DNA of 64,000 nucleotides, taken from Eledone cirrhosa. Lineage: Eukaryota. This document shows positions 61,166 through 64,000 of this stretch, piece by piece. Location: assembly GCA_964016885.1 (NCBI GenBank), contig OZ024740.1:130448001-130512000 (forward strand), written 5' to 3'. Every line of letters begins with the position of its first letter. The first letter of the stretch is position 1. The notes under the pieces are model-generated. The model did no database searches. It had not been told where the DNA came from and was given only the letters and a program-made list of their open reading frames with translations. A program made the translations under genes and the position numbers.

Positions 61166-62279
61166 TTAATATTTTTTTAAGGCAACGCTTGTAATAACTC
61201 TAGTTAAACAGGATATATATTAATAATAAATTATCGTTGTAATGTAATTAGATTATGTAATTGTTATTATAAATTATCTTATAAATATTAGTGTAAGATG
61301 TATAAAAATATTTTCAGACTTTTAATATAAACAACTACAAAAAACAATCAATATTAAATCAATATATTATACATAATAGAAAACATAAAATATACAATAC
61401 AAAAACAAAATATTTACATACATTTGCAATTATCAGTGTATATACATTTTCTTTATATTCCCTGAGCAAATTAATAAGATTTGTTTTTATTGTACATAAT
61501 TTGATGACTTGTTGGAGTGTATTAAAAGATAGCAACAATTTGTGATTAAATTGTTATCTTAAGCAACTCACTTTTTAATAGTTGTTGGCTGAGCGAAATT
61601 GTAAAAGCCTATGAGCAAATATAAAAAAAAATACACAAACAACATTTCCTTGTGTTATTACAACATTAGATAAAATAATTGAGCAATGTCGTTATATTTT
61701 GCTCTTATTGCACATTAATAGTGTTTCTATTTTTCGGCACAAATCCATTACGGCAGTCCATTACTGGTACTTTATTTTATCGAATTAGTAAGTATGAAAG
61801 TCGAAGTTAACCTCGGCAGGATTTGAACTTAGAATGCAAAGGACCATAACAATACTGCAAAGCATGGTGTCTGACGCTCTACCAATACTTGTGTTGAGCT
61901 GGTCATTAATTTATGGTGGTCGTGCGTGGAGTAGAGCAATCGCTAGTTGAAATATTATGAACAAAACATTTTTATTTGCCGAAGAACATATTTTCAATAC
62001 TGTTTGTGAATGTGACGAAGGAAATACATTCTGATATGGAACAGTGTACAAAGTGTGTCTGTGAATAACATAATGTTACCTCATGTTGTTGTCAAGACAT
62101 AATGGATTTCGTTTATCCAGTTAGAAGATGAAACCTAGCCATCTCGGATTAGTTATATTTCATGCCATGTGTAAACGTGTTTGAGGATAGCAAAATATGC
62201 GCGTTAATTATAATAATTAGTTAATAATATTACAAAATATACCTAATTAAACTCTTTGCTTGAAATTTTATCATTCTTC

Positions 62280-62372
<93 letters not shown>

Positions 62373-63715
62373 TCTAGTCGTTCGCTCAAGATTAATCTAT
62401 AAGTTTAGATGTTTGCCTTCGTTTAAGTAGATATTACAGTAAGATTTTTAATATAAACAACTACAAAAAACAATTAATATTAAAACGAAAAAATTATCAA
62501 TGATAAAAGAAGCGGATGCAACTTTTTTTTTTATAAAGTTATATTCCTGTTTCTTTAAAGAACATTTCATTTTTGTTCTATTGTAGGCGAAATAATGCAA
62601 TGGTTTAATAGGGAAGATATAACTTACGAATTATGTCTCTAACCGTGTAACGCTTTTTAAGTAGATAACTACAATTGAAAATACTAAAGAAATGGAACCA
62701 ACAATTCAATTTGAAAGTCGTCTAGTGACAGTGTATTACTGGTACTTTATTTTATCGACCCCGTAACGATGAAAGGCAAAAATGCAAATGCTTAAAATTT
62801 AAATTGCCTTAATTCTATCGTCTGCTGTTTCATTAAAGGGAGATTATCGTCTGTATTTAATTCTATCGTCTACTGTTCCACTAAACAGATATACCTCCAC
62901 TATCGTCTCTATTTATACATTTTAACTTATAACTTATACACATTTGATTTGAAATATTTTATCTAGTCCCCCCTCTCAATATTATGATGATTTCTTTCGA
63001 ATGAAACAGTTCTAGTCCTGTAGAAGCCATTTATATATATAATTGAACTGAGTTAAAAATTCACAATATTTATAATTAAATAAGCTCATATATATATGTG
63101 TGTATTTATCTGTTTATTGTATTATATATAATGTGTGTATATACAGGATGTCCCCCCAAAATATATACACACTTCAACAGCATTCTAATAACTATTGCCT
63201 GTACAGGTAATCAAAGTGTCAATCGAATATTAGTTTCGTGTTTTAACAGTACAAATTTACAATACACACATAAAACCAGTGTATATACATACATGAATGT
63301 GTATACACATACATGAATGTGTATATACAATATATATGTATATATATATAGACACATATATTCACGGTGCAACGGTACATTAAAATATAGATGCGGGAGA
63401 GGGGGGTGTATATATAGGGGCGCTGGGGATAAAGGAGTGTAAAGCGTGTGTAATTGATATATTGAAGGAGAGGAGCGTGCAGCGATAGAGTAACAAATAT
63501 ATAGAGAGGGGGAGAGATGGTATTGAAGGGGAGGAGTGCAAAGCGAAAGAGTAAGAGATATATATAGAGACGGAACAGATAGAGAGAAACAGGCGTAAGT
63601 AACAGTGGAAGAGATATAGAGAGAGGTACTCTGATTGGTTGAAAATTAGCCAATGACATACGATCACCACCACCACGGCTATCCCCGAAAATTTTTTAAA
63701 GAAGCTAGGCATATA

Positions 63716-63769
63716 TGTTAGAACACGAAAAGTGAACATTCTGTGTTTCACACTTTTCGTGTTCTAACA
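63716..63769. repeat. Hairpin with a perfect 19-bp stem
   Basis: tgttagaacacgaaaagtg-16nt-cacttttcgtgttctaaca. Confidence 0.85.
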
Positions 63770-64000
63770 GATATAGCGGCGATGAATTAGTTTTGCGAGG
63801 TTTTTTATATGAAATCGTGTGTCGAAACAAATATTGTTATACTTGGGGAGGGTCATATTTGTGTAATATTGCCAGAATTAATAACAGAACACACTCACTG
63901 TTTGGTTGGTTTTCGCTTCTCGCTCACTTTTATATCGGTAATCTAACTTACTCGGTCCTCAATGTTGCCATTGACTGACCGACGGTCAAAAATAATACAG

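Overview
AT-rich, microsatellite-saturated eukaryotic DNA, most likely an octopod cephalopod (inferred from tRNA-derived SINEs that resemble Octopus SINE families as I recall them; not verified by search). No host gene is confidently identified; one weak three-exon candidate lies at 49.9-55.8 kb. 3.9-24.6 kb is a nested, rearranged pile of decayed non-LTR retrotransposons: two R4/Dong-type RLE families and Tx1/L1-type copies, mostly anchored on (TTA/TAA)n tracts. The rest holds Penelope-like (GIY-YIG/RT) remnants, a non-autonomous Helitron, RTE and RLE fragments, SINEs, a hAT-type MITE and long inverted repeats. The main signal is a high density of type I hammerhead ribozyme (HHR) motifs from several apparently unrelated small elements: about 9 with intact or near-intact cores plus several degenerate ones. 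They occur as outward-facing mirror pairs in fold-back elements (1.1, 33-35, 37, 42-47, 59 kb) or in tandem direct-repeat, retrozyme-like units (39, 42.7 kb), usually next to (TA)n. All structures and identities were read by eye; activity is untested and coordinates may be off by a few bases.
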